In this document: piece by piece, positions 9,812 through 18,496 of the stretch | Position numbering within the stretch: position 1 is the stretch's first letter | Layout of the letters: each line of letters begins with the position of its first letter | Origin: an uncultured Pseudomonadota bacterium | GTDB taxonomy: Bacteria; SAR324; NAC60-12 | DNA length: 28,411 bases | Reading direction: 5' to 3' | Assembly (NCBI GenBank): GCA_913020725.1 | Contig: CAJWCD010000031.1 | Location: 1-28,411 of the forward strand | Program-made: the position numbers and the translations under genes | The notes under the pieces: model-generated | What the model was told of the DNA's origin: nothing | What the model saw: the letters and a program-made list of their open reading frames with translations, nothing else | The model's database searches: none

Positions 9812-10589
9812 GTTGACACGCACTGCTGTTATCCTTGCCGCCGGAATGGGTGTCCGTCTGCGGAGTGTTGTGGGGGAGCGCCCCAAGGGTTTGCTGGAGG
9901 TGAGGGGCGAAATGCTGCTGGGCCGCTCGTTGCAGTTGCTCCGGGGTTGTGGAATTGAGCGAGTTTTCGTGGCAACGGGATTTCAGGATACGCTGCTGGC
10001 TGAGGTCTTGAGGCAAGTTCCGGACGCTCCGGAGTTGCGTTTCGTCCACAACGCCCAGTTTGCCAAGTCCGGGAGCATGCACTCGCTCTACTTGCTCCAG
10101 GGGCACATTCAGGAAGAATTTCTGCTCTTGGAGTCTGACCTCTTGTACGAGCAACTGGCACTGGAAACTTTGCTCACCAAGGGGTCTCCGGATACGGTAC
10201 TGATCTCCGGATTCACCCAATCTTGGGATGAAGTTTGGATTCATGGCGAGACCGCGAGTCCGCTTGGTGAATCAATCGCCTCCGGACGCATCCGGTGGAT
10301 CAGCAAACAGCCCAATCCGGAGTTTACAATTCAGGGTGAGTTGGTCGGGATCACTTGGCTGGCACTGAAAACCTTCCACGCCATGTGCGCCCACCACGAG
10401 TACAATCTGACCTTTCCGTGCAGCAATCACTATGAGGAAACACTTTCGGCCCTCTGTGAGGAACGAGAGATTGCGTACTTGAGAGTTGCAGATTTGCTGT
10501 GGACCGAAATTGACAATGCCAACCACTACGAACGGGCTGTGCAAACCGTGCATCCCCGCATCGTGAACGCCGACCAGAGGAAATCATGA
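9795..10589 (+). CDS. Phosphocholine cytidylyltransferase (LicC)-like NTP transferase
   Basis: AVILAAGMGVRL, PKGLL, GSMHSL, LLESDLLYE, GELVGI and WTEIDNANHY. Start may be GTG 9795 or TTG 9813. Confidence 0.85.
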   Translation: MGRLAELTRTAVILAAGMGVRLRSVVGERPKGLLEVRGEMLLGRSLQLLRGCGIERVFVATGFQDTLLAEVLRQVPDAPELRFVHNAQFAKSGSMHSLYLLQGHIQEEFLLLESDLLYEQLALETLLTKGSPDTVLISGFTQSWDEVWIHGETASPLGESIASGRIRWISKQPNPEFTIQGELVGITWLALKTFHAMCAHHEYNLTFPCSNHYEETLSALCEEREIAYLRVADLLWTEIDNANHYERAVQTVHPRIVNADQRKS

Positions 10590-10960
10590 GCGCTCCCATC
10601 GTACAACGCCAACCGTTTGTGGTGCCCACCACCGACGGCAAACTCATCGAGGAACACTTCGGAGGGGCCAGTCTTGGCAGTTCCGAAATCAGCATCGCCC
10701 ACATGGTCGCCCCTCCGCAGTGGTCGGAACCGCACCAGAATCCGGAGTTTGACGAATACACCCTGATGGTGAGCGGACGCAAGCAGGTGGAGGTGGATGG
10801 CAAAGCGGTGGTGCTGAACGCCGGAGAGTCCCTGCTGGTGCCCAAGGGAAGCCGAGTCCGCTACGCCAACCCCTTTGACGAACCTGCCGAATACTGGTCC
10901 GTCTGCCGTCCCGCCTTTTCCCCGGACACGGTGAACCGCGAAGAGCCTTCAGACGGGTAG
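10586..10960 (+). CDS. Cupin domain protein
   Basis: SIAHMVAPPQWSEPHQNPEFDEYT...RVRYANPF cupin barrel pattern. ATGA overlap with the previous stop. Confidence 0.88.
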   Translation: MSAPIVQRQPFVVPTTDGKLIEEHFGGASLGSSEISIAHMVAPPQWSEPHQNPEFDEYTLMVSGRKQVEVDGKAVVLNAGESLLVPKGSRVRYANPFDEPAEYWSVCRPAFSPDTVNREEPSDG

Positions 10961-10986
10961 CCCCGCCTCGTTGCTGAGGAAATCGC

Positions 10987-11943
10987 TCAGGGACTGTCGC
11001 AGAGGCCATCCATCACCGTCGCAAGCACCTCGTCAACCTTCAACAAACCGATGGGATTGCCCACGAGGTGCTGAAACGCTCCGACGCCTTGCGGGTAGTA
11101 TTTGCGAACGGTGTGAGGCGGGTACAAAGCCAATCCCCGCTTTCCTAAACCGCAGGCCATGTGGGTCGGCCCGGAATCGTGACCGATGAAGAACTTTGCA
11201 CCACTCAATAGTTTCAGAGTCCCCCCAACCTCAGTGACCTTCCCTGCCGACGCAATCTCGCTTGGGGACACAACACCGGATTTCCGGAAATTCGCCAAAT
11301 CCACAGGCGAGCCAATCCAGCAAAGGCGATACCTTTCCCGCAGTTGCTCCGCAAGCTCCAGCCAGTTTTCCAAAGGCCATGTCTTGCGAACATCCCCGGA
11401 AAAGGGGTGCAGCACAATGCTTGAAAGGCCTTTGCCCTTATTTCCCTCTGGAGGAATCAATCGATAACGCGGCTCCAGATTTTCCGGAAAATCCGGGAAT
11501 GCCACGCTGACCAAGCGTTGCATCGCCTGCACAATCGGTTCGGTGTCGTCCGGAATGGGGCAGGAGGAGGTGAGGAGTTTCCGTAGGAAAGGTCGTTTGA
11601 AAAACCCCACATATTGTTCGGCTCGCACCATGCGTGCGCCGAGAACGTCCTTCCAGTGAATTGACGCGCAGAGCATGACGTCGTAGCGAGTTTGACGCAG
11701 GAGGTTCAGGATCCTTAGATACTCTGACAGGCTGCCCTTTTTCTGCTGTAAGGAGGCCCGCCATGGCGGGGCGAGGTCGTAAACTGTGTCGATTCCCGGA
11801 TAGCAAGCTGCAATGTCTTTGGCGTAGGACGAGCAAAGGACATCGATTTGGGTAGAGGGAAAATAGTGGGAGAGAGTGTCGGCGATGCAAGAGCTGAACA
11901 CCACATCACCGAGGTTGTCGAAGTTGACGATCAGAATCTTCAT
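10987..11943 (-). CDS. Glycosyltransferase family 9 (LPS heptosyltransferase-like)
   Basis: KILIVNFDNLGDVV, LHPFSG..KTWP and FIGHDSGPTHMACGLG motifs. Confidence 0.92.
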   Translation of the reverse strand: MKILIVNFDNLGDVVFSSCIADTLSHYFPSTQIDVLCSSYAKDIAACYPGIDTVYDLAPPWRASLQQKKGSLSEYLRILNLLRQTRYDVMLCASIHWKDVLGARMVRAEQYVGFFKRPFLRKLLTSSCPIPDDTEPIVQAMQRLVSVAFPDFPENLEPRYRLIPPEGNKGKGLSSIVLHPFSGDVRKTWPLENWLELAEQLRERYRLCWIGSPVDLANFRKSGVVSPSEIASAGKVTEVGGTLKLLSGAKFFIGHDSGPTHMACGLGKRGLALYPPHTVRKYYPQGVGAFQHLVGNPIGLLKVDEVLATVMDGLCDSP

Positions 11944-11956
11944 GGACGTGCCGACC

Positions 11957-13411
11957 TCATTCCGGAGTGTGCCGATACACCCGAAACCGCTCGTCGCGGT
12001 GGATTAGTCGATACTCCGCCATGGCTTCAGGTAAGTTTTCTGGAGGCCGATACTCTGCGGTGATCGGGTTCCGTTCAAAAATCACGAAACGGGCGCCCTT
12101 GCGTATTGCGTCCTCAAAAAACACCTCCGGGGTCAAGCGTTCTGCGTGATAGCGGTTGTAATGGTGATAATAGCTCAACCCGATGATATGGTGTCGCTCA
12201 ATATTTCCGAAGATGAAACTGATGGGGGCAATCACCGTGGTGGGTTCGTCGCCCACAAGTTGGCTGAGCTTGGCATTGCGGTCGGCAAGAGGTTCTGCCT
12301 GCAAGTTCCGGAAGACAAGTTTACCATCATAGGCTAAACCAGCGATGAGATAGAGGATGACGAGCACGTTCATCCAACGGACGGTTTTTGGGAAAATAGC
12401 TGCGTCTCCTGATCCCCGTGCTGAAGCTACACGATAGAGGGTTTCAGCACTGAAAGCGATCATGAACGGTACAAAAAGAATTAGATATTCATGCACCACG
12501 CGGTTGGCTAAGACCGCAAAACAGAGAGCAAGAACGAGCAGGTACTTTTCAAGATCACTGGCGTGAAGCCGCGACTTCCAGCGCAGGAAAAAACAGCCAA
12601 ACATGACGAGCGTGAGCGGAGTTTCACCACCACTGTGAAGCATGATTTTCGGAATGTTGGCAAGGTTGAAGAGCTTTTCAGAAAAACTGCGCAACGCGGT
12701 GGTGGCTGGATCATTGGCGATCTGGAAAAAGTAGGCGTCCCAAGCGTCGTAGTAAACCACGTCTGCGAAATACAGCAGAAACGTGCAGAACGCCACGGCG
12801 GAGTAAATGAAAGTTCCCCGAAGTTGACGTGACCAGAGCAACCACACGGCTCCTGCCAGCATAAACAACGCCCCCTGCATATGGAACAGTGCTGTTGCTC
12901 CTGCACTCATCCCGGCAAGCAGTATCCAGCGAATTCCACCATGCTCCCGGAATTGCTGGAGGCTCTGCCAACTCAGGAAACCCAGTGCCGCCATCGCAAT
13001 TTCCGGTCGGCTCACGAACGTGTAGCGCACAATCACGCCACAGGTCAAATAGAGCAGAGCGCAAAGCATCCAGCTTTGCCGACAGTATCGATAAAACAAG
13101 AAGACCTGCAACGCCACAAAGGGCAGGGCGACTGTCTTCACGGTCCAAAGCGAAAACCCCCAGATTTTTATCCACAGGGCTGTTAGTAGCACCCAGAGCT
13201 TGTGGGTCATCAGCACCTGATCTCCCCAGCCCAGCATGTCGGCAAAGAGGTCCGAACGAATCACGCCCTCGGTTGCCAGAAAATAGGCCAACTCGCCAAA
13301 CCAAGCGTCGTCATAGTTCTCCCGACGGTAGATCAGTGTGGTGAGCAGCCCTCCAGCAGCCAGCGCGAGGGTAACACCTGACAGAATTCGAGAGCTTGGT
13401 TTTTGGGGCAC
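11957..13411 (-). CDS. GT-C fold membrane glycosyltransferase (ArnT/PMT-like)
   Basis: Many TM segments, an acidic YDDAWF motif after TM1, an SRPE motif and a soluble C-terminal domain. Start is uncertain: the ORF extends to 13489 overlapping GT2, and GTG 13411 was chosen. Confidence 0.75.
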   Translation of the reverse strand: MPQKPSSRILSGVTLALAAGGLLTTLIYRRENYDDAWFGELAYFLATEGVIRSDLFADMLGWGDQVLMTHKLWVLLTALWIKIWGFSLWTVKTVALPFVALQVFLFYRYCRQSWMLCALLYLTCGVIVRYTFVSRPEIAMAALGFLSWQSLQQFREHGGIRWILLAGMSAGATALFHMQGALFMLAGAVWLLWSRQLRGTFIYSAVAFCTFLLYFADVVYYDAWDAYFFQIANDPATTALRSFSEKLFNLANIPKIMLHSGGETPLTLVMFGCFFLRWKSRLHASDLEKYLLVLALCFAVLANRVVHEYLILFVPFMIAFSAETLYRVASARGSGDAAIFPKTVRWMNVLVILYLIAGLAYDGKLVFRNLQAEPLADRNAKLSQLVGDEPTTVIAPISFIFGNIERHHIIGLSYYHHYNRYHAERLTPEVFFEDAIRKGARFVIFERNPITAEYRPPENLPEAMAEYRLIHRDERFRVYRHTPE

Positions 13412-13451
13412 AGAGAAGAGGTGTTCGGAAGGGGAAATTGCGTGAAAGCGA

Positions 13452-14189
13452 TTACTTCCGGTAGTCACCCACCGAGAGCCACTTTTCAATGAGGCAGTAA
13501 AGAATGATGAACCAGTAGCGGCTTCCCATCTCCTTGATCTTCAGCTTGGATTCGCCTTTCTTGCGATTGTGCCAAGAGTTGGACAGGACTGAGTAGCTAT
13601 ACCCGCGGACAATCACCTTGAGCGGCAACTCAACGGTGAGGTTGAAGTGCGGGCTGAGAAAGGGTTTCAAACCTTCGAGGGTTGTCTTGCGGTAGAGCTT
13701 GAAGGCGTTAGTCACATCGGTGTAACGGATGACGAACAGCAGGCAAATGAGCCAGTTGGTGAGGCGATTGAGCAGGAGTTTAGGCAGGGGATAGTCCACA
13801 ACACGCCCTCCAGAAAGAAAGCGATTGCCGAACACTGCGTCATGCCCTGACTCCTTAGCCTTGCGAAAAAAACGTACCAAGTCTTCCGGATCATCGGAAG
13901 CGTCCGCCATCATCACAGCCACCCATTCCCCCTGCGCGTGGTCGATCCCACAGCGCACCGCCCAACCGAAACCATTCGGAGGTGAGTTGTCTTGGCGCTT
14001 CAGTCGAGGATTTACGCTGGTCAGTCGATCCAGAATTTCCGCTGTTGCATCCGACGAGTTGTCGTTAACCACGACCACCTCGTAATCAATGATCTCCCGT
14101 TCCAAAACGACAGCAAGTTGCCGCAAGGTTGGTTCAATGCAACCGGCCTCGTTGTGAGCCGGGATCACGACACTCAACTCCGGGGTCAT
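13452..14189 (-). CDS. Glycosyltransferase family 2, DPM1/ArnC-like polyprenyl-phosphate glycosyltransferase
   Basis: [38 protein letters not shown] and R..GESK motifs. Confidence 0.9.
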   Translation of the reverse strand: MTPELSVVIPAHNEAGCIEPTLRQLAVVLEREIIDYEVVVVNDNSSDATAEILDRLTSVNPRLKRQDNSPPNGFGWAVRCGIDHAQGEWVAVMMADASDDPEDLVRFFRKAKESGHDAVFGNRFLSGGRVVDYPLPKLLLNRLTNWLICLLFVIRYTDVTNAFKLYRKTTLEGLKPFLSPHFNLTVELPLKVIVRGYSYSVLSNSWHNRKKGESKLKIKEMGSRYWFIILYCLIEKWLSVGDYRK

Positions 14190-15244
14190 GCGCGTTCTTT
14201 CTGGGCCTCCACGATTTCCTCCAGAATCTCACGAATGCCGTAGCGGTAACGCCAGTCTGGATAGTGACTTTGGTACTTACGCACATCACCAATCCACCAG
14301 ATATGATCGCCGATGCGGTTGGTTTCCTCGTAGCTCCAGTTCATCTCCCGCCCCGTTAATTCCTCACAGGTTTGGATGGCTTCCAGCATCGAGCAGTTTG
14401 AGTGACGAGAACCACCGGTATTGTACACCTCCGCCACCCGTGGATTCTGGAAGAACTCCCAGAACATCGTGACCAAGTCGTGGCTGTGGATGTTGTCTCG
14501 AACCTGCTTGCCCTTGTAGCCGAAAACGGTGTAATGCATTCTGGACACAGCACACTTGGCAAGATAGGCCAAGAATCCATGCAACTGGGTTCCGGAGTGT
14601 GCCGGTCCCGTCAGACAACCTCCGCGAAAGATGGCCGTTTTCATTCCGAAGTAGCGTCCGTACTCCTGCACCAACACGTCTGCGGCTACTTTGGAAGCAC
14701 CGAACAAACTGTGTTTGCATTGGTCAATGCTCATCGTCTCGTCAATCCCGAATTCTGCGTAAGGGTGATCCTTGAGTTCCCAGCGCGTTTCGGTCTCCAC
14801 TAAGGGCAGTTTATTGGGCGCATCCCCGTAAACCTTGTTGGTTGAGGTGAAAATGAAGACGGCGTCCGGTGCATGTTGCCGGGTCGTTTCCAGCAGCACT
14901 AGAGTGCCGTTGGCATTGACGGTAAAGTCTTTGAAGGGATCGCTGGCCGCCCAGTCATGGGAGGGTTGGGCGGCACAATGCACGACGGCTTTGACGTCGG
15001 AGCCGTAGCGTTGAAAAAGGCTCTGCATCGCATTTTCATCGCGGATGTCCGCATTGACATGACGGTAAGTGGAGACTTCCCTTTCCAGCAGTTCCAAGTT
15101 CCAAGTCGTCGAAGCCTCGGCTCCAAAAAACTCGGCGCGCATGTCGTTGTCAACGCCGACAACGTCCATGCCCTGCTTTGCGAAAAACCGCACAGTTTCT
15201 GAGCCGATCAGGCCCGCTGATCCAGTGACAATGACAACACTCAT
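14186..15244 (-). CDS. NAD-dependent epimerase/dehydratase (CDP-paratose 2-epimerase RfbE/Tyv-like)
   Basis: [31 protein letters not shown] (Phe at the usual YxxxK Tyr position) and KQVRDNIH. Confidence 0.88.
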   Translation of the reverse strand: MSVVIVTGSAGLIGSETVRFFAKQGMDVVGVDNDMRAEFFGAEASTTWNLELLEREVSTYRHVNADIRDENAMQSLFQRYGSDVKAVVHCAAQPSHDWAASDPFKDFTVNANGTLVLLETTRQHAPDAVFIFTSTNKVYGDAPNKLPLVETETRWELKDHPYAEFGIDETMSIDQCKHSLFGASKVAADVLVQEYGRYFGMKTAIFRGGCLTGPAHSGTQLHGFLAYLAKCAVSRMHYTVFGYKGKQVRDNIHSHDLVTMFWEFFQNPRVAEVYNTGGSRHSNCSMLEAIQTCEELTGREMNWSYEETNRIGDHIWWIGDVRKYQSHYPDWRYRYGIREILEEIVEAQKERA

Positions 15245-15250
15245 AGTGAT

Positions 15251-16306
15251 TTAGCTAAGGATTGGACGAAGTTGTTCTTGATGCTCTTTGATCCAGTCGT
15301 GAATCTCGTTCAGGACACTCCCCAAGTCCCTCCGGGGTTGCCAACCCGTTGCTTCCTGAATCTTGCGGGTGTCGGTGATGAACCACGGAACGTCACCGGC
15401 TCGCTCCTTCAAGTCCGGGACAATCTTGATGGAATTTCCTGTGATCTGCTCACACCACGCTGTGAGTTCTTGCAGGCTGACACTGATTTGCGGGCCACCG
15501 CCCACATTGTAGATCTTTCCCTGATGGTCGGTGATTTGGTTCATTTGGAGGCAAACCAAATCTGCTAAGTCTTCCACATGCAGCATGTCCCTGACCTGCA
15601 AGCCGGTGCCGTTGTAGCCGATGTAGGAGAGTTCCCCACCAAAGAGGTGACGGGCCATCCAAAGCACCACTACCCCTTGGTCCACCTTCCCCATTTGCCA
15701 CGGCCCTGTCAAAACTCCGCAACGATTGATGACAATGGGCAGGTCAAAACTGTCCACATACTCAGTGATCAGCAGTTCTGAAGCGAGCTTGGTGGCTCCG
15801 TAAAGCGTGCGTGATCCCTCCAGCGGAAAATCTTCGGCGATTCCTTCAGCTGAAACTCCGGGAGTCGCTTGAGGTTCCGCCAGTTCAAAGCGGGATTGCC
15901 GAGAATGAAAGTGGAGTTGCTTGATTGTCTTGACCGGATAAACGCGACTGGTGGAGAGAAAAATCATCCCCGCTCGCTGCCGCCGCGCCAGTTCCAAGCA
16001 ATGGTGTGTTCCAAGAAGGTTAGTGTGAACCAAGTAGTCCGTGTTGCCATCCCGCCCTGCCAAGGCTGATGGCTCGGCAGAACACTCGATGATCCACTCA
16101 ACGTCCGGGAGCTCCAAATCTGTTGGGTTGCGAACATCTCCGTGGACAAACTGGACTCCTGCTTTTCTGAGACGCGGCAGGTTGAGTTCAGAACCACGCC
16201 GCTTCAAATTGTCGAAGGCAACAACTGCTCTAGTGGGGTATTCCGCTTTAAGCCTGAGAGCGAGACTGGAACCAACAAACCCTGCACCCCCCGTGATAAG
16301 AATCAT
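15251..16306 (-). CDS. NAD-dependent epimerase/dehydratase (CDP-paratose 2-epimerase-like paralog)
   Basis: TGGAGFVG, FDNLKRRGS, STSRVY, YGATK, GPWQMGKVDQG and QVRDMLH. Confidence 0.88.
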   Translation of the reverse strand: MILITGGAGFVGSSLALRLKAEYPTRAVVAFDNLKRRGSELNLPRLRKAGVQFVHGDVRNPTDLELPDVEWIIECSAEPSALAGRDGNTDYLVHTNLLGTHHCLELARRQRAGMIFLSTSRVYPVKTIKQLHFHSRQSRFELAEPQATPGVSAEGIAEDFPLEGSRTLYGATKLASELLITEYVDSFDLPIVINRCGVLTGPWQMGKVDQGVVVLWMARHLFGGELSYIGYNGTGLQVRDMLHVEDLADLVCLQMNQITDHQGKIYNVGGGPQISVSLQELTAWCEQITGNSIKIVPDLKERAGDVPWFITDTRKIQEATGWQPRRDLGSVLNEIHDWIKEHQEQLRPILS

Positions 16307-16397
16307 TCGTGAATTTCCAAGGAGGAGGTTTGGTTAGAGAAAGGGATGAACTGCCAAAAAAACGGGGAATTTATTAAGGAAAATACAGTGTATTTTT

Positions 16398-16518
16398 GTA
16401 ACTATTCAGGAATCACAAAATCTTCAAAAAAATCACATGTAATATCAATTAGTTGAGTACCTGAATAGTTACATAAAATCAGTATTATACTTAAAAATAG
16501 GGGTACCTGAATAGTTAC
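16398..16518. mobile_element. Non-autonomous miniature element (MITE) with IS66-like ends
   Basis: Perfect 13-bp terminal inverted repeats GTAACTATTCAGG (16398-16410) and CCTGAATAGTTAC (16506-16518), flanked by an exact 8-bp direct repeat GTATTTTT (16390-16397 and 16519-16526). No transposase ORF inside. Confidence 0.85.
16457..16518 (+). repeat. 16-bp direct repeat GTACCTGAATAGTTAC (duplicated right end of the MITE)
   Basis: Identical copies at 16457-16472 and 16503-16518. Confidence 0.9.
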
Positions 16519-16530
16519 GTATTTTTTAGA

Positions 16531-17466
16531 TTATCTCTGTAGTTTTGCCCAGGTTTTATCCTGCTGATAAATGTAGGCATTGCAGTTTCGACAAACATCA
16601 ATATCGCTATACTCCAACTTGAGCATTTTTTTGCGATACCAATTCATCGTCTCGGATTGCCAGATTTCCTGAACGGTGTTTTTATTGACATCTCCGACTT
16701 CTGCATGTAGCTCATAATCAAGACAGCACAAACCTGCTCGTCCATCCGCTCCAATCACTAACTCGTCCCAAGGATGAGTGCAGGCAAAATCAAAATGTCC
16801 TTGCTGGCTCTCCTCAAGACTGTCCCCCACATTCAAATCCTGCTGGGTTCCCAGCCAAGTGTTGTATTTGTTAACATCCACCTTGTCGGCAAGAGGCGTC
16901 CAATGCTCCACAAAATCATCAATTTCACTCTCCGTCGGCTTCATGTTGATGATCGTCACCCGCGTCTGAGGTTTTCGTTTTTTCTGTTCTTTTTTGTACT
17001 GGATAAAGTATTTTACATTATGAGTCACTTTATCAAATTTCAACGGAGCACGTACCATCTCAAAAGTTTCTTTCTTGAATCCGTCAATGTCAAAATTGAT
17101 GACATCCAAAAGACCTTCATCAATGATCACACGACTGCGTTTCTCATGCAACAGTCCTGCATTGGTCGAGAGATACAGTTTGACTCTGGGAAGGTGCTTG
17201 CGGACGTAGCGAAGGTATTCTAAAATTTCACGATGGCACAGTGAATCCCCCAGCCAGAACAAATTGATTTTCTTCAGAGGCTTCCCTTGGCAGTCGGCAA
17301 TGATCTTCTGCAAAATCTCAAAAGGCATGTTTTCCTTCACCCGCTCCATTTCCGAGTGTGGACACATGATGCACTTAGCGTTGCAGATGCTACTGAATTC
17401 GATGGTCAACAGTTCCGGGAATCGTTCCTTTTTCTTCTTGATCGTATTAAAAATCACTTGTTTCAT
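16531..17466 (-). CDS. Radical SAM protein with SPASM/twitch domain
   Basis: CNAKCIMC (CxxxCxxC), STNA, and C-terminal CTHPW...LCCLD...CRNC. Start is ATG 17466 (after AGAGG) or 17481. Visibly AT-richer than the flanking genes. Confidence 0.9.
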   Translation of the reverse strand: MKQVIFNTIKKKKERFPELLTIEFSSICNAKCIMCPHSEMERVKENMPFEILQKIIADCQGKPLKKINLFWLGDSLCHREILEYLRYVRKHLPRVKLYLSTNAGLLHEKRSRVIIDEGLLDVINFDIDGFKKETFEMVRAPLKFDKVTHNVKYFIQYKKEQKKRKPQTRVTIINMKPTESEIDDFVEHWTPLADKVDVNKYNTWLGTQQDLNVGDSLEESQQGHFDFACTHPWDELVIGADGRAGLCCLDYELHAEVGDVNKNTVQEIWQSETMNWYRKKMLKLEYSDIDVCRNCNAYIYQQDKTWAKLQR

Positions 17467-17649
17467 AAAACCTCTAAGCATTTTGGCCGAGGCGTCAACT
17501 AACCTCAGCAGGACTTTTTCTTATGCAAAATCTGTGCGTATTTTCAGGGCAGTTGTTCCTAGATACGCCAATCCAGCAGTATACGCCTTTAGAGCAGAGC
17601 AGGCAAGCCATCTGATGATTTGGGCTTGACTCCGTGAGGAGCAGGCTAG

Positions 17650-17698
17650 GAAAAGTTCTTTTGAACTGGAAAGGGAAAAGCCTCCCGGAAAGAGGCTT
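17650..17698 (-). terminator. Putative intrinsic terminator of sdhCAB (tandem hairpins)
   Basis: Minus-strand stem AAGCCTC/GAGGCTT (17698-17678) followed by TTCCCTTT, 12 nt after the sdhB stop. A second hairpin AGTTC-AAAA-GAACT is followed by TTT. Confidence 0.6.
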
Positions 17699-17710
17699 GG
17701 CAGCAAGAAC

Positions 17711-18460
17711 TCAGGTAGCGCGGAAGAGCGTTTTCCAGAAATGCTGGGAGACTTGGCGTCCCATTTCCGCAATGGATTCCGTGAGCGGGATGCCCTTGGG
17801 GCAGACCTCCACACAGTTTTGGGCGTTGCCGCAACTGGCGATGCCGCCCTTTTGCGTGAGGACGTCAATGCGTTCGTCTGCGATGTTTTTTCCCGTGGGG
17901 TGCATGTTGAAGAGTCGCGCTTGGCTGACCGCAGCAGGGCCAAGGAAATCACCGTCTTTCGCATACTGTGGACAAGCCTCCACACAGCATCCGCAGGTCA
18001 TGCACTCCGAGAGCTTGTACGCGGTCTGCTGGTGGTTCGGAGAAATGCGCTCCCCTGGGCCAAGATCGTAGTAGCCGTCGACCGGAACCCACGCCTGCAA
18101 CTTCTTGAGTGCGTCAAACATCCGGGTGCGATCCACGATCAAATCCCGGACCACCGGGAACTTGCTCATCGGCTCAACAATAATGGGCTGCTCCAATCGG
18201 TCGATGAGAGCACTGCACGCCTGCCGCACCTGTCCGTTGACGCGCATCGTGCAGGTGCCGCACACCTCTTCCAAGCAGTTCGACTCCCACACCACCGGAG
18301 CCACCTCCCGGCCCTTGGCGTTCACCGGGTTCTTCTGGATGTCCATCAGGCAGGAGATGACGTTCGAGTTCTTCTGGTATGGAATCACAAACTCCTCCCA
18401 GTACGGGCCTCCTTCCGGAGTGTCCTGTCGCTTGATCTTAAAGCTGATGGTGTCGGGCAT
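17711..18460 (-). CDS. sdhB: Succinate dehydrogenase iron-sulfur subunit (Bacillus-type)
   Basis: CLEEVCGTC..QAC, CMTCGCCVEACP and CGNAQNCVEVCP motifs. AGGAGG SD. Confidence 0.96.
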   Translation of the reverse strand: MPDTISFKIKRQDTPEGGPYWEEFVIPYQKNSNVISCLMDIQKNPVNAKGREVAPVVWESNCLEEVCGTCTMRVNGQVRQACSALIDRLEQPIIVEPMSKFPVVRDLIVDRTRMFDALKKLQAWVPVDGYYDLGPGERISPNHQQTAYKLSECMTCGCCVEACPQYAKDGDFLGPAAVSQARLFNMHPTGKNIADERIDVLTQKGGIASCGNAQNCVEVCPKGIPLTESIAEMGRQVSQHFWKTLFRAT

Positions 18461-18496
18461 GAGCCTCCTGAAATTAGCGAAAATAGCGGTCGAGCG

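Noticed and set aside
8765..9886. 373-aa minus-strand ORF
   Set aside because: Antisense shadow of msbA.
16398..16518. Repeat-spacer-repeat pattern as a mini CRISPR array
   Set aside because: Only two 16-bp direct copies plus one inverted copy and no cas genes. The TIR plus 8-bp TSD explains it as a MITE.
17521..17985. 154-aa ORF in frame with the radical SAM gene, separated by one TAA
   Set aside because: It mostly overlaps sdhB and its terminator and has no protein-like features, so read-through is unlikely.
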